From NCBI GenBank assembly GCA_965248195.1, contig CBDFIQ010000001.1, forward strand, positions 960,001 through 1,024,000: a stretch of 64,000 bases of DNA, written 5' to 3'. The translations under genes were made by a program, and so were the position numbers. This stretch comes from Longimicrobiales bacterium (lineage in GTDB: Bacteria > Gemmatimonadota > Gemmatimonadetes > Longimicrobiales > Gaopeijiaceae). Of this stretch, positions 30,097 through 39,461 are shown one piece after another. Below the pieces are notes generated by a model, which made no database searches, had not been told where the DNA came from, and saw only the letters and a program-made list of their open reading frames with translations. Positions within the stretch are counted from its first letter, which is position 1, and every line of letters begins with the position of its first letter.

Positions 30097-30834
30097 ATGG
30101 ACGCCACGAGTATCTCCCTGCCTTTCGCGTTTCTGGCAGGATTGGTCTCGTTCCTTTCACCGTGCGTGCTCCCTGTCGTGCCGGCCTACTTGAGCTTCGT
30201 CTCCGGCCTCACGATGGACGAGCTGTCCGATGGCTCCACAGCCACCGTGCGACGGACCGCCGTGCTCCACGCGGCCCTTTTCATTCTTGGCTTTCTTCTG
30301 GTCTTCATGACCCTGGGTGCGTCCGCCACGGCCGCCGGCCAGGCGTTCAATCGAATGCTTCCCATCATCACCCGGGTCGGCGGAGTGGTGGTCATCGTTC
30401 TCGGGGTCTTGCTCCTCGACTGGGTTCGACTCCCGCCGCTGGCACGGGACCTGCGCGTCCATCTCCGCACCAAGCCCTCCGGCGCTGCCGGCTCCGTGGT
30501 CGTGGGGATCGTGTTCGGCGCCGGATGGACCCCGTGCATCGGGCCGATCCTGGCCACGATCCTCCTCTACGCCTCGATGGAGGCGACGCTCACGCGAGGA
30601 ACCCTCCTGCTCGCCATGTACGGTCTCGGGCTCGGCCTTCCCTTCTTGGTTGCCGCCATCGGGTTTAACTGGTTTCTTACGAGTCTGGAGGCGTTGCGCC
30701 GGTGGGCCCGGCCCCTTCAGAGGATCGCGGGGATCCTTTTGGTGGTGATCGGCGTTCTTCTCGTTACCGGGAGGTTCGCCGCCGTCTCGGCTTCGCTTGC
30801 GGACCTCGGGCAATGGATCAACCTGGAACTGTGA
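30097..30834 (+). CDS. ccdA: Cytochrome c biogenesis protein CcdA
   Basis: SFLSPCVLP and GWTPCIGP motifs. Confidence 0.92.
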   Translation: MDATSISLPFAFLAGLVSFLSPCVLPVVPAYLSFVSGLTMDELSDGSTATVRRTAVLHAALFILGFLLVFMTLGASATAAGQAFNRMLPIITRVGGVVVIVLGVLLLDWVRLPPLARDLRVHLRTKPSGAAGSVVVGIVFGAGWTPCIGPILATILLYASMEATLTRGTLLLAMYGLGLGLPFLVAAIGFNWFLTSLEALRRWARPLQRIAGILLVVIGVLLVTGRFAAVSASLADLGQWINLEL

Positions 30835-30869
30835 TGAACCCAATCTACCCTACGCATGGTGTGGCGCCG

Positions 30870-31667
30870 ATGAAACGTTGGAATTTGGGGCGGCTCCTGT
30901 TCGCCGTCCTGATCGCGTTCGGAGCGGCGACCGCATGCACCCCAGGCGACTCGGGCGGGGCCGATGGGGACGCGGCGGTCGGCACGCGCCTGACGACGAT
31001 CGACGCCAGCGCACTCCGTTCCCGCGGTTTCAACAGCTCCGAGCCGGGGAGCGCCGGCCTGGCGATGCTCAACCGGGCAGGGGTCCCGGGACCGACTCCA
31101 GAGCAGATGACCATCGACTCCCTCGGTTTCGATTTTGGAACGTCCGAGGCGCCCCTTCGAATGATCGAGTTCTTCGACTACGGTTGCGGCTTTTGCCGAG
31201 CGTTCCACCAGGAAACGCGCGGACCGCTCCACGAAGAGTACGTGGAGCCGGGGCAGGTTCTCTGGAAGTCGGTTCCCTTCGTCATCGGCAGGTGGCCGGC
31301 CTCGGTGCCCGTGTCGCTCGCCGCCGAGTGCGCGGGAGACCAAGGGCGGGGTTACTTCGAGTCGATCTCCACCCTCATCTTCGAACACCAGAGCGACTGG
31401 AAATCGGCCGCCGCTCCCGCGGAGCTGGCGGAAGGGTACGCCGAGGCGGTGGGGCTCGATATGGAGAGATACCGGACCTGTGTCGAGGGCAACGAGCTTC
31501 TTTGGAGGGTGCAGGCACAGACCGAGTTCGCTGAGCAAATCGGTGTCCGGGGGACGCCCACCTTCTTTCTCATCGGCTGGGGGCCGATCCAGGGCGCGCT
31601 TCCGTTGGAGACGTTCCGGCAGGTCATCGATACCGTGCTCGTCGAGGTCGCCGCCGAGCAGCCTTAG
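30870..31667 (+). CDS. DsbA/BdbD-like thioredoxin-fold lipoprotein
   Basis: Lipobox-like ATAC; EFFDYGCGFC; GVRGTPTF; alternative start 30834. Confidence 0.85.
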   Translation: MKRWNLGRLLFAVLIAFGAATACTPGDSGGADGDAAVGTRLTTIDASALRSRGFNSSEPGSAGLAMLNRAGVPGPTPEQMTIDSLGFDFGTSEAPLRMIEFFDYGCGFCRAFHQETRGPLHEEYVEPGQVLWKSVPFVIGRWPASVPVSLAAECAGDQGRGYFESISTLIFEHQSDWKSAAAPAELAEGYAEAVGLDMERYRTCVEGNELLWRVQAQTEFAEQIGVRGTPTFFLIGWGPIQGALPLETFRQVIDTVLVEVAAEQP

Positions 31668-31669
31668 CC

Positions 31670-32635
31670 GTGAAGCCGTGTCTGGGTGCTCTGGCCCGCG
31701 TGGTGGCCCGCGTGGTGGTCCGCGTAGTGAGGCGGACGGTCTGGGTGACGCTACCCGCGCTCACGGCCTGCGGACACTTCCCGGCCGACGGATCGGAGTG
31801 CCGCCCCCTCGGACGTTCCATTGCTCTCCCTGGCGCTCTTCTCGAAGCCAGCGGCGTGGCCGTCGGCGTCCGGAGCCCCGGCCTGATCTGGACGCACAAC
31901 GATGGGTCGCGGCGACCATTTCTTTACGTGGTCGACGAGGAGGGTCGGGTCCAGGCCCGCCTCGAGGTGGACCAATCCGTCGATGATTGGGAGGACATTG
32001 CCCGCGGTCGTTGTGACCTCGGCGCCTGCCTTTATTTGGCGGACACCGGAGACAACGACGAGCGCAGGGACATGATCTCTCTTTACCGGCTGGCCGAGCC
32101 CGAGGGTGAGGGTGACCGGAAGGTGGATGCGGAGCGGTACCGGATGGTGCTGCCTGACGGACCTCGTGATATCGAGGCCATGTACGTCCTGCCCACCGAG
32201 CAGATCTTCTTCGTCACGAAGGGAAGGAATCATCCGGTCACGATCTATCGGTATCCGCCACCCCTCCGCTCTGAGGACGTGGTTGCGTTGGTCGAAGTCC
32301 AACGCCTTACGACCGGTCCGGCGAGCCGCCCCCGGATGGTTACCGGTGCCTCGGCTACGCTCGACGGAGGCAGTGTGGCCATCCGCACCTATGAGACCCT
32401 CGAGTTTTTCACCGTCACCGGAGGAGAGCGACTCCTCGCGAGCGATATGGGCCGCGTCGATCTCCGAGCGCTCGGAGAAGCCCAGGGGGAGGGAGTTGGG
32501 TTCGGTGCCAACGGTACCGTCGTCCTGACCTCGGAGTCCGCCCCCGGGATTCGCCCCTCCCTCACATTCCTGAGTTGCAACCTGAACCCAACCGCACTCG
32601 ACCAGCCCGAGCCGACGCAAGGTCCGCCAGCCTGA
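31670..32635 (+). CDS. Hypothetical exported beta-propeller-like lipoprotein
   Basis: LTAC lipobox; EASG, WTHND, DWEDIA, ADTGDN, QGEG motifs. Confidence 0.7.
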   Translation: MKPCLGALARVVARVVVRVVRRTVWVTLPALTACGHFPADGSECRPLGRSIALPGALLEASGVAVGVRSPGLIWTHNDGSRRPFLYVVDEEGRVQARLEVDQSVDDWEDIARGRCDLGACLYLADTGDNDERRDMISLYRLAEPEGEGDRKVDAERYRMVLPDGPRDIEAMYVLPTEQIFFVTKGRNHPVTIYRYPPPLRSEDVVALVEVQRLTTGPASRPRMVTGASATLDGGSVAIRTYETLEFFTVTGGERLLASDMGRVDLRALGEAQGEGVGFGANGTVVLTSESAPGIRPSLTFLSCNLNPTALDQPEPTQGPPA

Positions 32636-32727
32636 GCTGAGGTGAAGTCCACAGCAGGGTCATGGGCCCTCCACACTTGAACTGATGCGGAACCTGTCAA
32701 CGACAATGGGACACTCTACGGGATTAA

Positions 32728-33735
32728 TTAGAGAGCAATATCCTGTGTGGTGAGGGAAGGGATGGGAGGATTGATGTAGACGGCCTCCGGGAGCGGTTTG
32801 GGCTTCGGCACACCTGTGACGAAGCGTTCGGGATGAGCGGCCCATGCTTCGCGGAGCACGGATTTCCTGCCGGCAATGACCTGATCGGCGTTCCCGAAGT
32901 GGACCTGCTCGGGGGTTAGCATCGAGATACCGCCATGGCGGTGCTCGGCATTGTACCAGCGGAAGAACGATCGACACAACGTCTTGGCCTGGCCCTGATC
33001 CCCGAACCGCCCGGGAAACGAGGGATGGTACTTCAAGGTTTTGAACTGAGCCTCGGAAAACGGGTTGTCATCCGACACCTGAGGCCGGCTCAACGAGCGA
33101 GTCACGCCGAGGTCAGCGAGAAGTTGAGCGGTGCATTGGCTCGTCATTGGAGCTCCCCGATCCGAGTGCAGGGTCAGGACCCGGGGCTGGACGCCATGCT
33201 TCAGGCAGCTCTGCTGGATCAACCGGCCGGCCAGGGCCGAGTTCTCCCGGTCCGCCACCATCCAGCCCACGACGTAGCGGCTGTAGATGTCCATGATGAC
33301 GTAGAGGTAGTAATAGCTCCACTTCTTCGGCCCGAGTAGCCGCGTGATATCCCAGGACCACACCTGGTTCGGCGCCGTGGCCATCAACTCGGGCTTCTTG
33401 TACTCGGGATGGGTGCGCTGCGCCCGGCGTTCCTGAACCGGCACCTCGGAGGCCAGAACACGATACATCGTGCGTTCGCTGCACAGGTAGACCTCTTCGT
33501 CGAGCAGCGTGGCCACCACCTCGGCGGGTGAGCGGTCCACGAACCGCTCCGAACACAGCGTGTCGAAGACCTCGCCTCGTTCCGTCTCGCTCAATGCCCG
33601 GGCGGGCGTCGGGCGGGGCTGCCGTTGCCCGGTCGATGGGCCTCGACGACGGTAGAACGTCGATCGGGAGACCTCGAGAGCCGCGCACGCCGGTTTTACA
33701 CCGACGTGCTTAGCCAGCTCATCGGCCGCCTTCAA
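32728..33735 (-). CDS. IS3-family transposase OrfB (DDE integrase core)
   Basis: WSWDIT, DIYSRYVVGW, LHSDRG, NPFSEAQFKTLK, WYNAEHRH. Confidence 0.93.
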   Translation of the reverse strand: MKAADELAKHVGVKPACAALEVSRSTFYRRRGPSTGQRQPRPTPARALSETERGEVFDTLCSERFVDRSPAEVVATLLDEEVYLCSERTMYRVLASEVPVQERRAQRTHPEYKKPELMATAPNQVWSWDITRLLGPKKWSYYYLYVIMDIYSRYVVGWMVADRENSALAGRLIQQSCLKHGVQPRVLTLHSDRGAPMTSQCTAQLLADLGVTRSLSRPQVSDDNPFSEAQFKTLKYHPSFPGRFGDQGQAKTLCRSFFRWYNAEHRHGGISMLTPEQVHFGNADQVIAGRKSVLREAWAAHPERFVTGVPKPKPLPEAVYINPPIPSLTTQDIAL

Positions 33736-34181
33736 GAGTTCGTCCCGTCGTCGAGGCTTATCCCCAGCAGCCCCGCAACTTTTCCCTGCACGTCGATGAT
33801 CAGGTGTGCCTTCCTGAGCTCATTCTCGAGCCGTGCGTTTTGCCGCTCCAGCTTGCGTACCTTCTCATCCAGCGGATTCCGCTCCGGCTTGCGGCCGCGT
33901 TTCTTCGACAGGGCCTTCAGCGACCCGCTATGCGCCGCCTTGCGCCACGTCGTCAGGTGCGACGAGTACAGGCCCTCGCGCCGCAGGAGCTGACCCACCT
34001 CGCCGGGCTCGGTGCACCGGTCCGCTTCTTCGACGATCCGCAGCTTGTACGATGGACTGAACCGCCGGCGTAGCGGCCTATCTACTACCTCCGGGTCCGC
34101 AGGAGCTGCCGCGCTTCGCTTGGCCTCCCCGATTCCAGGGGCACTACCATTCTCTTCCATTCTCTCTCGCAGTCCCAACAT
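33732..34181 (-). CDS. IS transposase OrfA (HTH)
   Basis: RRRFSPSYKLRIV, LLRREGLYSSHLTTWR; overlaps orfB by TTGA. Confidence 0.88.
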   Translation of the reverse strand: MLGLRERMEENGSAPGIGEAKRSAAAPADPEVVDRPLRRRFSPSYKLRIVEEADRCTEPGEVGQLLRREGLYSSHLTTWRKAAHSGSLKALSKKRGRKPERNPLDEKVRKLERQNARLENELRKAHLIIDVQGKVAGLLGISLDDGTNS

Positions 34182-34274
34182 GTTCGTTTTCTCTGCCTTC
34201 GCCCTACTCTAATTCTTTGCGTGCTCCGTGTCTCACGTACGTTGGCAGAGAGGGATGGGACCACTGGGGTAATA

Positions 34275-34293
34275 TAGTTGTATCTTACAACTA
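34275..34293. promoter_or_regulatory. Palindromic operator upstream of arsM
   Basis: TAGTTGTA-tct-TACAACTA perfect inverted repeat. Confidence 0.65.
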
Positions 34294-34307
34294 CAGAGGG
34301 CACAACC

Positions 34308-35075
34308 GTGAAAAAAGATGCCATTCGTGAGGCCGTTCGCGACCGTTATGGCCGCATCGCCGCAGACGCGGAAGAGGGCTGTTGCGGGACCTCCTGCTGC
34401 GGGGGTACGAGCAAGACATCCGTTTCAACGACCGTCGGATACGACGAAGAGCAGTTAGGACGGGTCCCCGAGGGAGCCGACCTCGGGTTGGGATCGGGCA
34501 ATCCCGTCGCACACGCCGACCTCCGGGAGGGGGAGACGGTCCTGGACCTCGGCTCCGGGGGAGGGATCGACAGCTTTCTGGCTTCCGACAAGGTGGGGCT
34601 TTCGGGGAAGGTGATCGGCGTGGACATGACCCCCGAGATGCTCACGCGGGACCGCGCCAATGCCCGGAAGGGCGGATACGCGAACGTGGATTTCCGCCTC
34701 GGGGAGATCGAGTCGCTGCCCGTAGGCGACGCCACGGTAGACGTGATCATCTCGAACTGCGTGCTGAACCTCTCTCCCGAGCGGGATCGTGTCCTGGCCG
34801 AGGCGCTGCGGGTGCTCAAGCCGGGCGGCCGGCTGGTGATCTCCGACCTCGTGTGCGACGTGCCGATCCCGGCACAGCTCCGGGAAGAAGCCGAGGCGGT
34901 CACCGCGTGCCTGCCGGTGGAACGGGACGACTACGTGAGCCAACTCCGCACGGCGGGGTTCGTCGACGTAAAGATCACGGCCGGTCAGCCTTATCCCCGC
35001 GAGGCGCTGTCCTCGGTGGAGGCCTTCGCGGACTCGGTGAGGGGAGCGATCATCGAGGGACGGCGGGCGGACTGA
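34308..35075 (+). CDS. arsM: Arsenite S-adenosylmethionine methyltransferase
   Basis: VRDRYG..CC..SCC, GLG(S)GNP, VLDLGSGGGID, GVDMTPEM, ISNCVLNL, RVLKPGG. Confidence 0.88.
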   Translation: MKKDAIREAVRDRYGRIAADAEEGCCGTSCCGGTSKTSVSTTVGYDEEQLGRVPEGADLGLGSGNPVAHADLREGETVLDLGSGGGIDSFLASDKVGLSGKVIGVDMTPEMLTRDRANARKGGYANVDFRLGEIESLPVGDATVDVIISNCVLNLSPERDRVLAEALRVLKPGGRLVISDLVCDVPIPAQLREEAEAVTACLPVERDDYVSQLRTAGFVDVKITAGQPYPREALSSVEAFADSVRGAIIEGRRAD

Positions 35076-35255
35076 GGGAGTGACCCCCGAGCAGGGCGGG
35101 GTCCCCTTGGTCCTAGGCGGGGTCCAGGGACTGGACGGGCGAGCTTCCGCGCCCGATGTTGACCCTCAGCAAGTGTCGGCTCGCCAGCATCGGCGTGCCG
35201 GCCGGGGCGATGCCCCGTATCCACCGATGGACACCGCCGGAGATTGGAGAGTCGA

Positions 35256-35984
35256 ATGAAGCCTTCCGTTACCTCACGTCTTTGTGTGCTCGCAGCCCTC
35301 CTCCTCGCGACAGGCCCCGCCTTGCTCTCGGGGCAGGTCGCCGATCCCGACGCCACTCGCTTTGCCGAGAGGATTGATGAGTTCACGGCCCATGACGCCA
35401 AGAACAGCTTTCCCGCCGACGCCACGGTCTTCGTCGGCAGCTCGAGCATCGTGCGCTGGGACACGGGAGACCGTTTTCGTGGGATGCCGCTCCTCAACCG
35501 CGGCTTCGGCGGCTCCCAGATGTCGGACCTGGTTCATTACGTCGAGGAGACCGTCCTCCGGTACTCCCCGAGGACCGTCGTCGTCTATGAGGGCGACAAC
35601 GACACGAGCGCCGGAAAACGGAGTCAGCAGCTCCTGGAGGACTACAAAGAGTTCGTCGAGGCGGTACTCGCGGCCCAGCCGTCCACACGCGTCGTCATAC
35701 TCTCGATCAAACCCAGTCTGGCGCGTTGGGATGTGTGGCGCGATATGCAGGATTCGAATGCCGCCATCGAGGCGTACGCCCAAGGGGACACTCGTGTCGA
35801 CTTCGTCGACGTCGGCACAGCCATGCTCGGGGCGGATGGTCTGCCGATTCCCGAGCTCTTCGTCAGCGATGGGCTACACATGACTGCGGCCGGATACGAC
35901 GTCTGGGACGAGATCGTCATGGAGGCTTTGATGCCGGGGCATATGCACGGGGCTCATATGGCGGGCCATGGAGGCGGCCACTAG
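35256..35984 (+). CDS. Secreted SGNH/GDSL hydrolase with a His-rich tail
   Basis: FVGSSSI, NRGFGGS, YEGDND, DGLH. Confidence 0.88.
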   Translation: MKPSVTSRLCVLAALLLATGPALLSGQVADPDATRFAERIDEFTAHDAKNSFPADATVFVGSSSIVRWDTGDRFRGMPLLNRGFGGSQMSDLVHYVEETVLRYSPRTVVVYEGDNDTSAGKRSQQLLEDYKEFVEAVLAAQPSTRVVILSIKPSLARWDVWRDMQDSNAAIEAYAQGDTRVDFVDVGTAMLGADGLPIPELFVSDGLHMTAAGYDVWDEIVMEALMPGHMHGAHMAGHGGGH

Positions 35985-36613
35985 GCACCTCTGGTCTCGG
36001 ATCCCAAGTAGCGCAAGAAAATCGAGCCGAGCTCGTTCGCTAAATGTTGGTCCTCGATGCCATCGGGGCGGTTTCCCCAAGCGAAGATGAATCGGCTCCT
36101 GAGCGTGGCGAACACCTGTAGGGTGGCGAGTCGGATGGCCTCCTCCGGTTCGTCGTGGGTGAACTCACGGGCCCGAGGCAACAGAAGCCGAGTCAGATGA
36201 TCCGCGACCGTGTTGTCCAACTCGGCGGTCTGCTCCAGGAGATCGTACCCCTCATACGTCATCGCGTGGATCAGGAAGGCACGGAGCAACGCCCCGTGCG
36301 CCCGCATCCATACAACCGCCATTCGGGTGAACTGCATCACGATCTCTTTGGGACCGGCCGCCTCCCATCGCGGCGGCGAGAGCACCCCGGCCCAGCCCTC
36401 TTCAGCGTCGGACCGAAATCGGATGGCCAGGTAGGCGAGTAGCGCGTCCCTTCCGTCGAAGCGTGCGTAGAACGTGCCCGAGCCGACTCCGGAGCGCAGA
36501 AGGATGCCCTGCACCGTCGCGCCGTCGAGGCCGGACTCTGCAATGAGATCGTGGGCGGCGGCGATCATGCGTTCGAACGAAGCGCGGCTTCGGGGCTGCT
36601 GGGGAAGTCGCAC
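35981..36613 (-). CDS. TetR/AcrR transcriptional regulator
   Basis: PQQPRSRAS...GSGTFYARF HTH. Confidence 0.88.
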   Translation of the reverse strand: MRLPQQPRSRASFERMIAAAHDLIAESGLDGATVQGILLRSGVGSGTFYARFDGRDALLAYLAIRFRSDAEEGWAGVLSPPRWEAAGPKEIVMQFTRMAVVWMRAHGALLRAFLIHAMTYEGYDLLEQTAELDNTVADHLTRLLLPRAREFTHDEPEEAIRLATLQVFATLRSRFIFAWGNRPDGIEDQHLANELGSIFLRYLGSETRGA

Positions 36614-36679
36614 GCCCGGCGGGGGAGCCGTCTCGTCGGGCCGGGAGGAGGTCTTCGTCTGAGGTCTCTCCGGGAGAGG

Positions 36680-36713
36680 CTATATTGTAATTTGAATGCC
36701 AATTCCAATATAG
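36680..36713. promoter_or_regulatory. AT-rich inverted repeat, probable TetR operator
   Basis: CTATATTGTAATT-8bp-AATTCCAATATAG (12/13 match). Confidence 0.6.
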
Positions 36714-36749
36714 AGCGCAAAGGAGCTACTTCGCAAGGGTTTGGGGATC

Positions 36750-37394
36750 TCAACTCCAGATGTCGAAGAACTCCACGCTCTCCCCAGCCGGGGAAGACGA
36801 CGGTCGATCTCCCACGAGGTGCGCGACCAGGGCGATGCACAGATCCTCGAGGAACACCGGCTCAAAGAGGCGGGCCGAAGTTTCCAGCGTTCGGCAAACC
36901 GTCTCCACGGCCAACTCAGGGTCGGAGTGAACGATCGCATCGCGCTTTTCCAGGAGTAGACGCGCAGAGTCCTTCCGCACTCGCGCCCGAATCCGCAGCG
37001 CCGCGACCGAGGGGCCGGCCCCGGGCCCACGTAGCGCCCGGCCGATCGCATCCCTGGCGCCCCGGTGCACGAGGTCCATATCGGCATAGAGGCTCGCTAA
37101 ACCCCGCACCAACTGATCTATGGGGCGGTCGAGCAAGCCCTCGGCCGTGGCGTCGGACCATCGCTGCTCCACCGTCTCCCAGATGCGTTCATCCAGGTAG
37201 ACGAGGAGATCCGTTTTGCCGGCGAAGCGAGCGTAGAAGGAGCCGACCGACGATCCCGCTCGCCTGACGATGGCCCCAACCGTCGTGCCCTCCACGCCGT
37301 CTTGCGCGATCAGCTCCAGAGCGGCGCGTGCGATCCGCTGCAGGGTCCGGCGACTCCGGTGTTGCTTCGGCGGTCGAGCGGCGACCTCTTCCAT
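36750..37394 (-). CDS. TetR/AcrR transcriptional regulator
   Basis: PKQHRSRRT...SSVGSFYARFAGK HTH. Confidence 0.88.
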   Translation of the reverse strand: MEEVAARPPKQHRSRRTLQRIARAALELIAQDGVEGTTVGAIVRRAGSSVGSFYARFAGKTDLLVYLDERIWETVEQRWSDATAEGLLDRPIDQLVRGLASLYADMDLVHRGARDAIGRALRGPGAGPSVAALRIRARVRKDSARLLLEKRDAIVHSDPELAVETVCRTLETSARLFEPVFLEDLCIALVAHLVGDRPSSSPAGESVEFFDIWS

Positions 37395-37452
37395 TACATC
37401 CTACTGCGGGGCGCCGTTATCGGAAACGGGCGCTTGGGCAAGGACGTATTAA

Positions 37453-37470
37453 TTAGAACAGACGTTCTAA
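37453..37470. promoter_or_regulatory. Palindromic operator
   Basis: TTAGAAC-agac-GTTCTAA in the AT-rich divergent region. Confidence 0.6.
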
Positions 37471-37613
37471 ATAACCTCACGGCAGGCCGGTCGGCAAGTG
37501 GCCGAATTCGAGTGGGGGTCGCGTGGAGTGGGCTCGGTTCGCATCTTGGAGGCGCGTCAAGAGTGCGTGACGCCAAAACGTCCCTAATGCTCCGTGATGA
37601 GTGAGGATGTGAC

Positions 37614-38144
37614 ATGACCGATCTCAGGTATCCCATTGGCCCGTTCAAGGACCACGCGAAGGACCATACCACGGCTGATGAAAAGGCGGCCCTCATGGAC
37701 GCGATCGAAGCCGCCCCGGCCCGGCTACGCGCAGCGGTGGCGGGGCTCGATGATGCCCATTTGGACACCCCGTATCGGGAGGACGGCTGGACGGTGCGGC
37801 AGGTGGTTCACCACGTGGTCGACAGCCACGTCAACGCCTACGTGCGCTTCCGTTGGGCGCTCACGGAGGACGGACCCGCGATCAAGCCGTACGAGGAAAA
37901 GGATTGGGCTCGCCTACCGGATGCGAGGACCGCGCCGGTGGCCGTGTCGCTCGATCTGCTGGATGCGCTCCATACCCGCTGGCTCATCCTTCTCCGGGCG
38001 ATGGCCCCCGAGGAATTCGAGCGCCGATGGAGCAGTCCCGACTTCGGGGATTTGAGTGTGGATGTGCTGCTTCAGATCTATGGGTGGCACGGGAAGCACC
38101 ATGTGGCGCACATCACGGCGCTCAGGGAAAGGGAGGGGTGGTAG
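37614..38144 (+). CDS. bstA: YfiT/BstA bacillithiol S-transferase (DinB family)
   Basis: DLRYPIG, TPYREDGWTVRQVVHHVVDSH, YGWHGKHHVAHI. Confidence 0.88.
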   Translation: MTDLRYPIGPFKDHAKDHTTADEKAALMDAIEAAPARLRAAVAGLDDAHLDTPYREDGWTVRQVVHHVVDSHVNAYVRFRWALTEDGPAIKPYEEKDWARLPDARTAPVAVSLDLLDALHTRWLILLRAMAPEEFERRWSSPDFGDLSVDVLLQIYGWHGKHHVAHITALREREGW

Positions 38145-38284
38145 GGGGGGCTGGCCCTCACCGACCCACCCGGCAGCACCGGGTTTTGCTGGATAGTTCC
38201 TCGGGCGATGATAGGACGATGATGGCGGCCGGCTATGGTGGTCGGCTCAAGGTCCTTGATGTCACGCCTACTGGAGGAAGGTTC

Positions 38285-39223
38285 ATGAGAGCCCAGCCTG
38301 CGCAACCCCTTCCACTTTCCCTCTTCACCCCACCCTACAACCGACTTAAACCACTGCGCTGGGATGACCGTCGGTTCGCCCAACCCAGTAGCCCCGGCAC
38401 AGGCTTAGTGTGGCAACTCGGGTTTGGAAGCTGGAGCGGTGTATTCAAGGTCGTCCGCCGTCGTCCACCCGGGATGGCTCTTATCGTCATCCTACCGTCG
38501 ACGGTAGATCTCGACTCGGAGCCGCAGCTGCTACGCGTCGTGGAAGCGTGTCGCCCCCACAGCATCTTGCCTTTCCATCATGAGCCACACGTCGACGATC
38601 TCACCGCGCTCCTCAGGCGAGAGCCTGAGGACCTCTCGGTGGAAATCATGGACTATCTGCAATGGCGCGGTATCAATGTGGACATCGAGGTCCGGCGGCT
38701 AATCCGAAAAACCATCGACCTTTCCTCAGAGTTACGCAGCGTTACTGCGCTCGCTCGATCTCTCTACCTCTCAAGACGAGCTCTTGGACGGCGGTTCCTA
38801 ACAAACGGCCTGCCCGTGCCCTCACACTGGCTCCATTTTGGTCGGGTGTTACGAGCTTCCCTGAGCCTTCAAAGTTCGGACATGACTTTGGCAGAGGCCG
38901 CTAGCCGATTCGGATATCCCGACGGCTTCGCATTGTCGAACCAAATGCAGCACCTCGTAGGGGTGCGCCCCTCCGATGCGCGGCGGTACCTCGGATGGGA
39001 TTGGCTCGTCGAGGCATGGATTCACACGGAGGCCGCCAGCGGTGGCTTCTCAAGCCACATGTGGGGTACATTGACCAAGGACTTCGGCCTAGCCCCGCTT
39101 CGGCGGGCCGCGGTTGACTCTGAAGCTGACTCCGAAGAAGAGAAAGAAACCGGAATTTCGAGCGGCCCTCCCCCCCGGCCCCGTAAGAAAGAGCGGTCCC
39201 CGGTTGTAAGAGACCAGGCGTAA
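38285..39223 (+). CDS. AraC-family HTH regulator
   Basis: GGAGGA RBS; LARSLYLSRRALGRRF...AASRFGYPD..LSNQM..LVGVRPS. Confidence 0.75.
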   Translation: MRAQPAQPLPLSLFTPPYNRLKPLRWDDRRFAQPSSPGTGLVWQLGFGSWSGVFKVVRRRPPGMALIVILPSTVDLDSEPQLLRVVEACRPHSILPFHHEPHVDDLTALLRREPEDLSVEIMDYLQWRGINVDIEVRRLIRKTIDLSSELRSVTALARSLYLSRRALGRRFLTNGLPVPSHWLHFGRVLRASLSLQSSDMTLAEAASRFGYPDGFALSNQMQHLVGVRPSDARRYLGWDWLVEAWIHTEAASGGFSSHMWGTLTKDFGLAPLRRAAVDSEADSEEEKETGISSGPPPRPRKKERSPVVRDQA

Positions 39224-39256
39224 AAAACCCGATATCTCGCGAAAGAGTCGATCCAA

Positions 39257-39461
39257 GTGAGCGCTCACACGAACACTGACGATCCCCTGAGTATCGAGGT
39301 GCGTCTCTTCGGTGGCCCAATTGTTCTCGTCGAGGGCGAAGCGATCAGGCTATCAAGGTATCAATCGTACCTCGTTGGTCTCGTTTTCGGACACGCAGAG
39401 GAGGGAATCTCGCGTTCTCGATTGATCGAATACTTGTGGGATGAGCCGGACGGGGCTCCCC
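39257..39461 (+). pseudogene. Truncated AfsR/SARP(BTAD)-type activator N-terminus
   Basis: VRLFGGP...SRSRLIEYLW winged-helix pattern cut by IS256 at 39462. Confidence 0.65.

Larger units (their letters stand above)
32688..34254 (-). mobile_element. IS3-family insertion sequence (orfA+orfB), apparently intact
   Basis: Imperfect inverted repeats 32695-32714 and 34228-34247 (14/20 match); possible ATG direct repeat at 32685-32687 and 34255-34257. Confidence 0.85.
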
